IMG/VR virus record: IMGVR_UViG_3300046168_000024
DNA length: 64,000 nucleotides
Origin: an uncultured virus (IMG/VR IMGVR_UViG_3300046168_000024)
Lineage: Duplodnaviria > Heunggongvirae > Uroviricota > Caudoviricetes
Direction: 5' to 3' (one strand)
Shown one piece after another: positions 37,137 to 47,381 of this stretch. The notes below the pieces were generated by a model. It was not told where the DNA came from. It saw nothing but the letters and a program-made list of their open reading frames with translations, and searched no databases. Every line of letters starts with the position of its first letter. Within the stretch, counting starts at the first letter, position 1. Made by a program: the position numbers and the translations under genes.

Positions 37137-38362
37137 TGGCAGAGAATATTGCAGTAAAAGATTTACAGAAGCTTGACCCAGGGTCAGAGCTTGTCTGCCT
37201 ATATGAGCTAGAATACGCAAAAGGAAGTTTTATTTACTTCATGTCTGGACTTGATACTGATTTAACTACAGTTCAAATGAGAGACTATAATACAAACTCT
37301 CAAATTAATACTTATATTGCTATACCAGCAAAAGTGCAAGGATTAGAATATAAAAATGACGGAGCTATAGCCAGACCTTCAGTAACCATAGCAAATGCAA
37401 GTAACGCTTTTTCAAATGCAATAGGTACTATAGATTACGATACTTTTCTTGGATTAAAATTTATAAAAAGAACAACATTGAAAAAGTACTTACATGGGGA
37501 AGGTTCAGCAACTAATCCACCAACTGAGTTTCCAAGAGACATTTATCTCATGGATAGAATTAAAGGAAAAACTAAAACTACTGTACAGATAGAATGTGTT
37601 GCTCCCTTTGACTTACAGGGAGTAAAAATTCCAGCAAGAAATGTACTTCCTGATAGATGTCCTTTTATTTATCAAGGAGCAGGAGAACATTTAGATAATT
37701 ATAAAAAAGCACAAAGTGGTTGTACTTGGCATGTAGAAGGTAAGTATAAATCTCATGTAGCCGCGTACGCAGACGGAACAGAATATACTCTCTATGTAAA
37801 TACAGATGACGAATATATCATTCCTAGTAGTACAAGTTTTTCTACATATACAAGTGGAGCTGTTACAGCAGATAGTTATTATAAAACAACAAAGACAATA
37901 ACAAGATACAATGCTGATGGTACAACTTCTAGCGTAACTCTAAATAACTACTGGCAAGCCGTTGCAGCTAACAATGCTCCAGGAACTCCAGCAGATGATA
38001 ATACTGCATATAAAAGAGTTAGAGTTTATGCCGCATACTCACATGGAACTGAATATTTTACTTATAGTGATGATAGAGATAATGATTATGTAGTTTTTAC
38101 AGACAATACAGCAAGCTCTTCTACAAATGGCAAAGTCTTATTATGGAAAGCAAAGAAAGCAAATCAAAGTACACACCCAATTCCAGGAGCAGGAGTTTGG
38201 GAAAGAGGAGATGGATGTAGTAAACGAACTGAAGGATGTAAAATGAGATTTGGTTTTGCTCCTAAATCAGTAGGAACAGCAAGTTCTACTGGTAAAGCTA
38301 GTACTAATACTGATGCAAACTTACCTTTTGGTGGTTATCCAGCATCTAAGGCGTTCACATGA
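37136..38362 (+). CDS. minor tail protein L-like
   Basis: LQKLDPGS, RP..TIAN, RT..KYL, C.F.YQG, D.CSK...GC..RF, LPFGG.P. Confidence 0.85.
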   Translation: MAENIAVKDLQKLDPGSELVCLYELEYAKGSFIYFMSGLDTDLTTVQMRDYNTNSQINTYIAIPAKVQGLEYKNDGAIARPSVTIANASNAFSNAIGTIDYDTFLGLKFIKRTTLKKYLHGEGSATNPPTEFPRDIYLMDRIKGKTKTTVQIECVAPFDLQGVKIPARNVLPDRCPFIYQGAGEHLDNYKKAQSGCTWHVEGKYKSHVAAYADGTEYTLYVNTDDEYIIPSSTSFSTYTSGAVTADSYYKTTKTITRYNADGTTSSVTLNNYWQAVAANNAPGTPADDNTAYKRVRVYAAYSHGTEYFTYSDDRDNDYVVFTDNTASSSTNGKVLLWKAKKANQSTHPIPGAGVWERGDGCSKRTEGCKMRFGFAPKSVGTASSTGKASTNTDANLPFGGYPASKAFT

Positions 38363-38671
38363 TGGAAGAAATTTATACACACGCTAGTAAAGAAGCACCA
38401 AGGGAGTGTTGTGGGCTTGTTATACAAGAGGGTATTAATGAAAAATATATTCCTATGGAAAATATTTCCCCACAAAAAAATACATTTGAAATGGACTCAA
38501 AAACTTTCGCACAATATCAATTAAATTCGAAAATAAAATATGTAGTCCATAGTCACTATGACCAAAAATCAACGCCAAGCGAAGTTGACAAGGATACAAT
38601 GTCGAGAGATTGGAATACCTTATTTAATCGTTTCTTATCCCGACAAAGAATACACAATTATACAACCATGA
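38359..38671 (+). CDS. tail tip protein K-like (JAB/MPN domain; frameshift near 38593)
   Basis: PRECCG, VVHSH, PS..D; removing one G restores IQCREIGIPYLIVSYP. Confidence 0.75.
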
Positions 38672-39366
38672 CTAGAAATATTTATTTAAAAGGAAGAATG
38701 GGTAAACTATTCGGAGAGCATCATAGACTGAATGTGAAGACAGTCCAGGAAGCTATGCATGCAATAGATACTATGAAAGGCGGTCTTCGTCAATATCTTA
38801 TAGACTGTACAGAAAATAATGTAAAATTTTCAGTACAAAAAGGAGAGGATTTCTTATCAAATCAAACTGCAGGAATAGAGTTAGGAAAAGATGATATAAT
38901 TATTACTCCAGTTCCTAGAGGTTCTGCAAAAGATGGTCTTACAGAACTTATTATTGGAGTAATATTAATTATTGTTGGTTTTAGTATGGGTGACCCAGAC
39001 ACAGTAAGTAGAGGAGCACAACTTTTAATATCTATTGGTACATCTTTAGCTTTACAAGGTATAGTAACATTACTAACTGATGAGCCCGACGTGCCTCAAT
39101 GAGGAAGAATCTAGTATGTTCAATGGCCCAATAAATAACACTAAATCAGGAGTACCCGTACCTTTATGTTTCGGAAAAATGGAAGTAGGTGGAGCGGTAG
39201 TAAACTTCGGATTTACAGACACTAGAATTCAAGGTAATCAAGGGATATCAATTCGTTAGTAAAGGAACAAGGAAACGGCGAAGGTTCTGGTGGCGGTGGC
39301 GGTGGAGCTGGTGGCTCAGATAATAGTGGCGGTAATTCAAACTGGATTCAACAGGAGGCTCATTAA
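38668..39366 (+). CDS. tail assembly protein I-like (frameshifted near 39095)
   Basis: MTRNIYLKG..G..FG; FNGP.N....GVPVPLCFG in the next frame. Confidence 0.75.
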
Positions 39367-42300
39367 TGGCACAAAATACATCACAAGGTAGTACAAGAGG
39401 TTCAGCGCCTCTCGATTCCGCAGGAGTAAAGTCTAGTGGACTTATTCGTGCTCAAACTGCTGTTATCTATGATTTATTATCTGAAGGACCTATTGAAGGA
39501 CTGGTAGATGGTGTTGCAAGTATTAGATTAAACGACAATCCTGTTGCAAATGCTACAAATGCTACTGCAATATCTCCGCAAAGATCTTTTGATGCTGGTT
39601 ATGTTCACGGAACAGGAGTAATTACAGATAATTCAACAGGTAATATATTTAGCGGTGCTTCTATATCCGATGGAACAAGAGAAATAATAGTACAAGGCGC
39701 AAGTAAAAGAACAACTTCTTCTATTAATTGTGTAGCAGGTAACAATATTGTTCTTTCTACAAATAGTGGAAATATGTCTTTTGCAGCAAGTGATGTTTGG
39801 GATGGCGTTGGTATACAACCAATGATTCGTATTGATGGGGCTGGGCGTAATGGCGGACAACTCATAGCAGGAATCACAGAACAAATAAACACAACTGCAA
39901 TAAGAGTAGATACAGTTCCTATGACAACTGTAACAAATACAAAAGCATACTTAGATTTAAAAGATACTGTAGATAGTTTTAGTGGTAATACTGCTACTAT
40001 TACAGCCGCAGGAGTAACTGTTGCAAATACTGGTGTACAAATGGGAAGTCCTTCTCGAACAGAACAACAACAACCTTTATATAACTACGAAAACTTTGGA
40101 TTTGCATTTAGAACAGGAGAGCGTGAACAAGAATGGTTACCTACTCCAGCAGGTATAGGTAGTGCTTCTATTGCTCACTCAGTATCAGGAGGAGCTCTTG
40201 GTACTACACAAAATACAGGATATCCTAGTGCAAGTTCTTTTGGGTTTAAAGAAACAACATCATACTCAGGAAATGCTTTAGTAGTAACTTCTTCTACAAT
40301 GGGAGTTGGAAATCCTTCAGAAGTAGATGCAGTTAAAGTAACTTTACAGTTTAATACTATGATTTCACAAAAAGAAAATGGTAAGCTTGGTCCTGGGTTT
40401 GCTGAATACAGAATCAAATTCGGATATTCTAGAGACGGTGGAAGTAGTTATACAGATGTAACAAAAGTAGGTAGAGCTACAATTGCTACTAGTACATCCT
40501 CTTATCATAGAAATGGTAGAACAAAAGACGCACAAAGTGGCATTATATCAGCAAAAACTAAACAACCATTCAATCATGTTTATACTTTTGATATAAGTAA
40601 ATATCAACCATTTGATGCTTACAGATTAACAATTGAAAGAATCTCAGCAGTTAATCAAAAAGAAAATAGTTGGCAACAAAATAATAGTGGTACTGTAAAA
40701 CAAATTGAAAATATTATTACTGATAAATTAACTTTCCCATATTCTGCATATGCAGGGGTTGTTGTAGATGCGAAAGATTTTCAACAAATACCAAAAAGAA
40801 GTTATGAAATTCGTGGACTAAAAGTAAAAGTTCCTACAAATTATTTTCCGCTTGATGAAGCAAACACAGCAACAGGAGTAAGAAGAACTACAGCTTCTTA
40901 TCAAAGAAATGTAAGTACAGGAGCAGAAGAAAGTTCCGTACAAGATTGGGATGGTAATTTTAGAGGAGACCAAAAAACTTTTACAAGTGCTACTCATGCA
41001 AACTATGAACCAGTATATACAAACAACCCTATTTGGGTATTTTATGACTTACTAACAAATCAAAGATACGGATTAGGTAAATACTTAGATGAAGACTTTG
41101 ACTTTAGTAGCATAGATAAATATACTTTATTTCAATTAGCAAAGTATTGTGATGAATTAGTTCCTGATGGAAAAGGTGGAACAGAACCTAGATTTACTAC
41201 TAACTTATATGTTCAGAAAGACCAAGACGCAATTAAATTTTTAAAGAACTTAGCTTCTCAACTAAGAGCCATGTTAGTATGGTACAATGGACAAGTAACT
41301 CTTGGAATGAATCAACAAAAAGGAGCTATTTATACTTTCTCAAAATCAAATGTAATTGATGGAGAATTTAATTATGCAGGTACGGCAGGTAGATTTAGAA
41401 ATAATCAGATAGCAGTAAGTTGGAATGACCCAGAGAATGGCTATAAACAAGCAGTAGAAGTTGTAGAAGACCACGATGACATTGCAAAAACAGGTAAAGT
41501 TAGAAGAAAAAATGTTGCAGCCTATGGCTGTACTTCACAAGGACAAGCTGTAAGACATGGTAAATACCAATTGTTATCAGAACAACTTGAAAAAGAAGTA
41601 GTAACATTTAAAACAGGATTAAATGCATTAGGTTTAAAACCTGGTGATGTCATAAAAGTACAAGATTCAGATTTACAAGATATAGTTGCAAGTGGTCGTG
41701 TTACTACTTCAGCTTCTTCTACAACAACAATTATAAGAACAGACAGAGATTTAAGTTCATTCTTAAATAATAGTGATAATTTTAAATTACACTTAATATA
41801 CCCAAATGGTGGTGCTTATTTGGCACAGCCTCTGGCTACTATTAATTCAACTTCTTATACACAAGGAGATTTAATACTACTTGATGAAGATGGAGCAGCT
41901 GTTGATAGTCACGCTAAAGCTAGTAATATAAAAGATGATAGTGGAGCAGTTGTACAAACTTATTGGTCAGATGACCTTAGAATAGAAACTCAAGCAGTAA
42001 GCTCTTTTAATACTACATCTATAACTGTATCAAGCGCATTTAGTTCTGCACCAAACGGTGAAGTAATATATACAGTTTCAGGAGAGACTGATGATAATGT
42101 TAAAATTGCAGGTAGTTTTAAAGAGTATATTATTTCGAGTATAAAACATGAAGATGATATGCAAGTAAGTATTGCAGCAGCAGCTTATGAATCAGGCAAA
42201 TTTGATGCAGTAGATAGAGGTTGGAAAGTTCCAGAATATCCCGATACTTTATATAAACCTCCCGCAAGAACAGATGAAATTCCTGTACCAATAGGATTAA

Positions 42301-45300
42301 CTGCACAGATAGTACCAGGAAGTTCAAATGGAGGAGACAATGTAGGAGATGGAGATAACAATAATGACTACTCTATCGTATTAAATTGGACTCACCCAAC
42401 TACACAAAGAACAGATTCAAATGGTAATGATTTAGTAGATGTTTATGAACATTTAGTAGGTTATAATATTCAACATAATTTAGACTTAGAAAATGATGAT
42501 AGAGATAGTAATAGAGAATTTACAACTGTATTCTTAGACTCTAATAATAAATCAGACTATGTATTTAGTAATGTTGTACCAGGAGCAGCTTATAAATTTA
42601 GAGTTCAAACAGTAGCTACAAATGGTAGAACTTCTGGTTGGGTACAAAGACAAGTAAGCTTCCCAGATAGTGCTTATGCAATATTTGGACAAGGAGCTAT
42701 ATCTGCTGGTATGAATCACTTAATACAAAAAGGCGGTATATTAACAACAGTTGTAAATGTAAATAGTACTAATGGTACTACAACTTTTGCAAATACTACT
42801 TATGTATTTACTCCACCAAATAGTGTTCCAGCAATAACAGTTTCAAACGGTAATGCCGCAAAAACAGTACAAGACGGATTCAATAATTTAGCAGATGGTG
42901 GCACAGGTTTCTTACTATATGATTATAGTGATACTAGTGACCCTTTAAAAGCAATTACCCTTGTAGAAGATACAAGTGCAATAGATGCAGTAACAAGTGC
43001 TAAGTATAATTATCAATTTATGGCACAGCTTGGAGCATCGAATAATGACTTAACTCAAGCAAGTGGAACAGTATCAGCAACAGCAGGATTACCAGAACTT
43101 ACAGGTAGTAGTACAACTTTTACTTCTGACTTTACGGAAGGAGATGTTATCGCAATAGATACAGCAGGAGCCACTAGATTTATGGCAAAAATTGTAGAGA
43201 TAGAAAGCGATACTTCTCTAGTAATGGATAGTAGCCCAAGTAGAGCATATAGTGGAAAAACTGTTCATAAACAAGGTTTAACATACGACCATTTAAAAGA
43301 TAGTATTTTAGGACAAATTTCAAGAAGTGGAAGTACTTATAGTTATACTCCATTTACAAATAAAATGAAAGTTGATACCTCTGATGAAATCGGTGGTAAT
43401 ACAATCACATCAGTACAGATATTAGCAAACTCTGTTAACTCTACTATTATTCAAGCTAATTCAATAGGAGCAGCAGCAATAGTAGCAGGGCAGATTAACA
43501 ACTCACACATAGCAGCAAACTCAATAGATTCTGCACAAATAGTAGCAGGAGAAATAGATTCTTCCCATATATCAGCAAACTCAATAGGCAGTGCAGCTAT
43601 AACAGCCAACGCAATAGGTAGTTCAGAAATATCTGCAAACTCAATAGGTAGTGTAGCCGTTACAGCTAATGCTATAGGAAGCTCAGAAATTGCAGCTAAT
43701 TCAATTGGAACAGTAGCGATTGCAGCTAATAGTATTACATCCTCACAGTTAACATCAAACGCAGTAGGCTCTTTTACAGTCACAGCTAATAGTATTACAA
43801 ATGTAGAAATCGCCGCAAACAGTATAGGCAGTTCAGAAATAGCTGCTAATTCAGTTAATGGTACAATACTAATAGGAAATTCAGTAGGAAGTAGTGAAAT
43901 AGCAGTTAACTCTGTAAATGGTATTATCATAGCAGATGGAGCTATTGATGCAGCAGGTAAATTAGGAAATGCTATTATCTCAGGAACTAAGTTAGCAGAC
44001 AACTCTATAAATGATTCAAGAATAGTTGCAGCCAATGTAATTGATACTAGTATGATAGCTGCCAACAGTATTACAGCAGCTCTTGTTGCAGCAAATGCTA
44101 TTCAAACTTCAGAAATTCAAGCAAACTCAGTAAATGCAGTTCTTATAGCTGCAAACTCTATTACTAATAATCAAATAGCAATTAACTCTGTAAATAGTGT
44201 TGTTATTCAAAATGATGGGGTAACTGGAGATAATATAACAGCTAACTCAATTACTGCCGCAAAAATTGTAGGTGGTACTATAACTAATGCAGAAATAAAT
44301 GCTTCAGCAGGAATTACATTTGCAAAAATATCCGTGTCCGATGGAGACATTGATGGTGCAAAAATATCCGCAAACGGTAATATTACTAGTGCTATGATTG
44401 GGTCAGTCGCGGCTGGCACACTTACAGGAACAATAGGCACTGCACAAATAGCCGCGTGTGCTATCACATCAGCACTAATAGCTGCAAATTCTATTGATAC
44501 AGCAGAAATAAAAACAGGTAGTATTGATACTATACATATTGCTTCAAATCAGATTACAAATGCATTGATAGCTGCAGACGCTGTTGAAAACGCAACCATA
44601 AAAGGAAATGCTATTACAAATGCTAAAATATCCTCATCAGATTCTTTAACTCTAAATATTGAGGGAGGAACAACAGGGGGCTGGACAGTTACCTCTGGTG
44701 CTTTCTCAGGTGGAAGTCCAACAGTACAAGCAAACAATTTTACAAATCAGGGAATACAATTAAATAGTGCAGGGTCAATTCATGCAAAAGAATTCCATAT
44801 TGACTCATCAGGAAATGCTAAGTTCAAAGGAACACTAGAAGGAGATGATATAACCGTAAACGGAAACTTAATTCTACCTTCATCAGGTGCAAATACAGCA
44901 GGTGGTACAATAGGAACTTTCCAAAACAATACTATGGACAATAAGTTTATTACTACTATTGGAACAGGAGCAGGATTCTATCAAGGCTTTGTAAGATTAA
45001 CAGGGGGAACAAACCATGTTAAGACTATTTCAATCCAAATCAGAGACGGAAGTTCTACAGCAAGTGAAGGAAATCTAATATATGAAACTCCTAGGGTAGA
45101 CCAATATACAGCAGGAAACCTATCAGAAGGTAGACTATTCTCTAGTGCACAAACAGCTAATATGCCGATTGCATTTAGTTATACAGGCTCCTCAACTATT
45201 GCAGCTTTTGTAAGAGCACAGGGAGATGGAGCAGAAACATTAGGGTCAGCTGAAGCAAGATTTATCAAGTTTGGAACTACAGACCCAATATATAGTTTTG

Positions 45301-46106
45301 CTAACCAAACAGGTGTAGCAGTGAGTAGTACTTTTTTCTCTAACACACAAGTTGTTGGTGGATTTGCAGGGACTAAAACTGTAAGTGTAACTAATCCTTC
45401 ATTCACAAGATTTAGTATCGATGGCGGAGCATTTGGAAATTCTTCAGTAAATATTGCAAACGGTAGTTACATAAATGTAGAAATAACTTCTGCATCAAGT
45501 AATTCAACTACTAGAAGTACAGTAGTCACTATCGGTGAAAGTACACAAGGTTTTTCAGTAACAACAGGAGGCACCTCTGGAGGCGGAGGTGGAGGCGGAG
45601 GTGGCGGAGGCTGCTTTGTTGAAGGAACTCCTGTCGTTATGTCAGATGGTTCATTGAAAGCAATAGAAGCAGTCGCTGTAAATGATAGTGTAAAATCATT
45701 TAAGCACTCTACCTTAGACGCAAGTAGTGAGGATGCATGGGAAACTTGGACTGCTACAGAAATTGCAAGTGGAAGTTTTGGTACTTCAACAGTAAAAGCA
45801 AGAACAGATGCTCATGAATATAATAATTACTATTGGATTAATTACAATCTAAAAGTTACAAACGAACATCCAATGTTAGCTTTTAAAGATGGAGTATTCA
45901 AATTCGTAGAAGTCTCAAATCTAGCAGTCGGTGACTATTTAATATTAGAGGACGGCTCAAGAGAAGAGATATTTGCAATACCACAAAAAACAATAAATTG
46001 TCTTACTTATAATATGGATGTGGAAGAAGATGATACTTATGTAGTTAAAGGTGGTAATGGTAATGGATATATAGCACATAACGTAGGAGGCAATCAGAAA
46101 CAATAA
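39366..46106 (+). CDS. central tail tip/host specificity protein J-like with decapeptide repeats and C-terminal Hint domain
   Basis: DLLSEGPIEGLV, YTNNP.W...DLLT..RYGLG, YCDELVPDGKGG.EPRF, GCTS.GQA.R; IxANSI repeats; CFVEGT...AHN. Confidence 0.92.
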   Translation: MAQNTSQGSTRGSAPLDSAGVKSSGLIRAQTAVIYDLLSEGPIEGLVDGVASIRLNDNPVANATNATAISPQRSFDAGYVHGTGVITDNSTGNIFSGASISDGTREIIVQGASKRTTSSINCVAGNNIVLSTNSGNMSFAASDVWDGVGIQPMIRIDGAGRNGGQLIAGITEQINTTAIRVDTVPMTTVTNTKAYLDLKDTVDSFSGNTATITAAGVTVANTGVQMGSPSRTEQQQPLYNYENFGFAFRTGEREQEWLPTPAGIGSASIAHSVSGGALGTTQNTGYPSASSFGFKETTSYSGNALVVTSSTMGVGNPSEVDAVKVTLQFNTMISQKENGKLGPGFAEYRIKFGYSRDGGSSYTDVTKVGRATIATSTSSYHRNGRTKDAQSGIISAKTKQPFNHVYTFDISKYQPFDAYRLTIERISAVNQKENSWQQNNSGTVKQIENIITDKLTFPYSAYAGVVVDAKDFQQIPKRSYEIRGLKVKVPTNYFPLDEANTATGVRRTTASYQRNVSTGAEESSVQDWDGNFRGDQKTFTSATHANYEPVYTNNPIWVFYDLLTNQRYGLGKYLDEDFDFSSIDKYTLFQLAKYCDELVPDGKGGTEPRFTTNLYVQKDQDAIKFLKNLASQLRAMLVWYNGQVTLGMNQQKGAIYTFSKSNVIDGEFNYAGTAGRFRNNQIAVSWNDPENGYKQAVEVVEDHDDIAKTGKVRRKNVAAYGCTSQGQAVRHGKYQLLSEQLEKEVVTFKTGLNALGLKPGDVIKVQDSDLQDIVASGRVTTSASSTTTIIRTDRDLSSFLNNSDNFKLHLIYPNGGAYLAQPLATINSTSYTQGDLILLDEDGAAVDSHAKASNIKDDSGAVVQTYWSDDLRIETQAVSSFNTTSITVSSAFSSAPNGEVIYTVSGETDDNVKIAGSFKEYIISSIKHEDDMQVSIAAAAYESGKFDAVDRGWKVPEYPDTLYKPPARTDEIPVPIGLTAQIVPGSSNGGDNVGDGDNNNDYSIVLNWTHPTTQRTDSNGNDLVDVYEHLVGYNIQHNLDLENDDRDSNREFTTVFLDSNNKSDYVFSNVVPGAAYKFRVQTVATNGRTSGWVQRQVSFPDSAYAIFGQGAISAGMNHLIQKGGILTTVVNVNSTNGTTTFANTTYVFTPPNSVPAITVSNGNAAKTVQDGFNNLADGGTGFLLYDYSDTSDPLKAITLVEDTSAIDAVTSAKYNYQFMAQLGASNNDLTQASGTVSATAGLPELTGSSTTFTSDFTEGDVIAIDTAGATRFMAKIVEIESDTSLVMDSSPSRAYSGKTVHKQGLTYDHLKDSILGQISRSGSTYSYTPFTNKMKVDTSDEIGGNTITSVQILANSVNSTIIQANSIGAAAIVAGQINNSHIAANSIDSAQIVAGEIDSSHISANSIGSAAITANAIGSSEISANSIGSVAVTANAIGSSEIAANSIGTVAIAANSITSSQLTSNAVGSFTVTANSITNVEIAANSIGSSEIAANSVNGTILIGNSVGSSEIAVNSVNGIIIADGAIDAAGKLGNAIISGTKLADNSINDSRIVAANVIDTSMIAANSITAALVAANAIQTSEIQANSVNAVLIAANSITNNQIAINSVNSVVIQNDGVTGDNITANSITAAKIVGGTITNAEINASAGITFAKISVSDGDIDGAKISANGNITSAMIGSVAAGTLTGTIGTAQIAACAITSALIAANSIDTAEIKTGSIDTIHIASNQITNALIAADAVENATIKGNAITNAKISSSDSLTLNIEGGTTGGWTVTSGAFSGGSPTVQANNFTNQGIQLNSAGSIHAKEFHIDSSGNAKFKGTLEGDDITVNGNLILPSSGANTAGGTIGTFQNNTMDNKFITTIGTGAGFYQGFVRLTGGTNHVKTISIQIRDGSSTASEGNLIYETPRVDQYTAGNLSEGRLFSSAQTANMPIAFSYTGSSTIAAFVRAQGDGAETLGSAEARFIKFGTTDPIYSFANQTGVAVSSTFFSNTQVVGGFAGTKTVSVTNPSFTRFSIDGGAFGNSSVNIANGSYINVEITSASSNSTTRSTVVTIGESTQGFSVTTGGTSGGGGGGGGGGGCFVEGTPVVMSDGSLKAIEAVAVNDSVKSFKHSTLDASSEDAWETWTATEIASGSFGTSTVKARTDAHEYNNYYWINYNLKVTNEHPMLAFKDGVFKFVEVSNLAVGDYLILEDGSREEIFAIPQKTINCLTYNMDVEEDDTYVVKGGNGNGYIAHNVGGNQKQ

Positions 46107-46549
46107 TGAATTGGATAATACAAACAGGAACAGATGGTAATGGAGACCCAATAACAACCACACTTGATGTGCAATGGAATTGGACTTATGCCTATGTAGG
46201 ACATGAAACACAAAACTTTGTTAATAATCAATGTATGCCAAGAAGAAGAGAATCAGATATGGTAAAAACTGTATCTATGACAGTTACAGGAACAGATACA
46301 ACTACTGGTAATGCCTCTAGTTTAACTAGCGGACAATCAGACCAAACTCATTCTGAAACATTAAGTATACCACTTCCTTGGAGACATAAAGCAAATGGCG
46401 AGTTATCTGGCTTTGTTACCCCCTACGAAAATGTAACGGAAACAATGATGTTAAATTGGGCAAAGACTATAATGGCAGATAGCGACAAAGCTCAAGCGTT
46501 AGAGATACAATTTGCCACGGTACTATATGGCTCAGGTACCTATGGATAA
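46106..46549 (+). CDS. hypothetical tail-associated protein
   Basis: TAATG coupling; F.PYEN.TE....NW.K motif. Confidence 0.65.
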   Translation: MNWIIQTGTDGNGDPITTTLDVQWNWTYAYVGHETQNFVNNQCMPRRRESDMVKTVSMTVTGTDTTTGNASSLTSGQSDQTHSETLSIPLPWRHKANGELSGFVTPYENVTETMMLNWAKTIMADSDKAQALEIQFATVLYGSGTYG

Positions 46550-46591
46550 CCATTACTTATGCGTTGTTCCAATGCTTCCCAAAAATAGTTC

Positions 46592-46621
46592 TTGACATGA
46601 CCTCGAGTTTTTGATATAATT
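46592..46621 (+). promoter_or_regulatory. late-class promoter 4
   Basis: AAAATAGTTCTTGACATGAC...TTTTGATATAATT. Confidence 0.75.
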
Positions 46622-46641
46622 TAGCATATAGGAGTATAAAT

Positions 46642-46980
46642 ATGGCAGCAGGAACTTATGATATTGTAGTCGACCAAGGGTCTGACTTTACAATTCAAAT
46701 ACAGATAGCACAAGACGGGTCGAATGTGAACTTAAGTACACATTCCGTACGAGCACAACTGCGTCCAACTCCTAGTTCAGCAACAAAAACTGCAGACTTC
46801 ACTTGTTCTATTAGCGATGCCGCTAATGGAGTTATGAAGATGGCTTTGACTAACACAGTCACAGCAGGTATATCTGCAGGAAAATATTATTACGATTTAG
46901 AACTAGTAAATACAAATACAAGTACTGTAACTAGACTAATTCAAGGCGTCGCAAGAGTCACACAGGAAGTTACACGATAA
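46642..46980 (+). CDS. BppU-like fibre anchoring/collar protein
   Basis: YDI.VDQGSDF, G.Y.YDLEL, RLIQG...V..EVTR. Confidence 0.75.
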   Translation: MAAGTYDIVVDQGSDFTIQIQIAQDGSNVNLSTHSVRAQLRPTPSSATKTADFTCSISDAANGVMKMALTNTVTAGISAGKYYYDLELVNTNTSTVTRLIQGVARVTQEVTR

Positions 46981-47363
46981 TGGCTACCAAATTAACTATT
47001 ACTCCTAATACAACAGCAATTTCAGCCACCAGTAACACTACAACGCTTACGATATCATCAGCAGTTGGAGGGGCATCCTCTGACGCAGCAGGTATAACTT
47101 TCGAAAATGCGGTCTCTGGATTTGATGGCGCTAACAATAATATAAAAGACGCATTAAATTATCTTGCAAATAATTTCTTTGTGCAAACATCAGCTCCTAC
47201 TGCAGGAACAACAAACCTAGCAGAAGGAGACTTATTTTATGATACTGATGACAATCAGTTAAAGATCTACCGAGAGATTAGCGCTGGAACATTTCAATTT
47301 GTACCTATAATGATAGGGAACGCTTCGAGTGATTCAGACACGGTAGACGCAGGGAGCTTTTAG
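46980..47363 (+). CDS. virion structural protein
   Basis: AP......EGDLFYDTDD.QLKIY, terminal DAGSF. Confidence 0.7.
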   Translation: MATKLTITPNTTAISATSNTTTLTISSAVGGASSDAAGITFENAVSGFDGANNNIKDALNYLANNFFVQTSAPTAGTTNLAEGDLFYDTDDNQLKIYREISAGTFQFVPIMIGNASSDSDTVDAGSF

Positions 47364-47381
47364 CTCATATAGGAAACAATC

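Noticed and set aside
45610..46082. Canonical splicing intein in J
   Set aside because: Residue after HN is Val, only 7 aa follow, no homing endonuclease.
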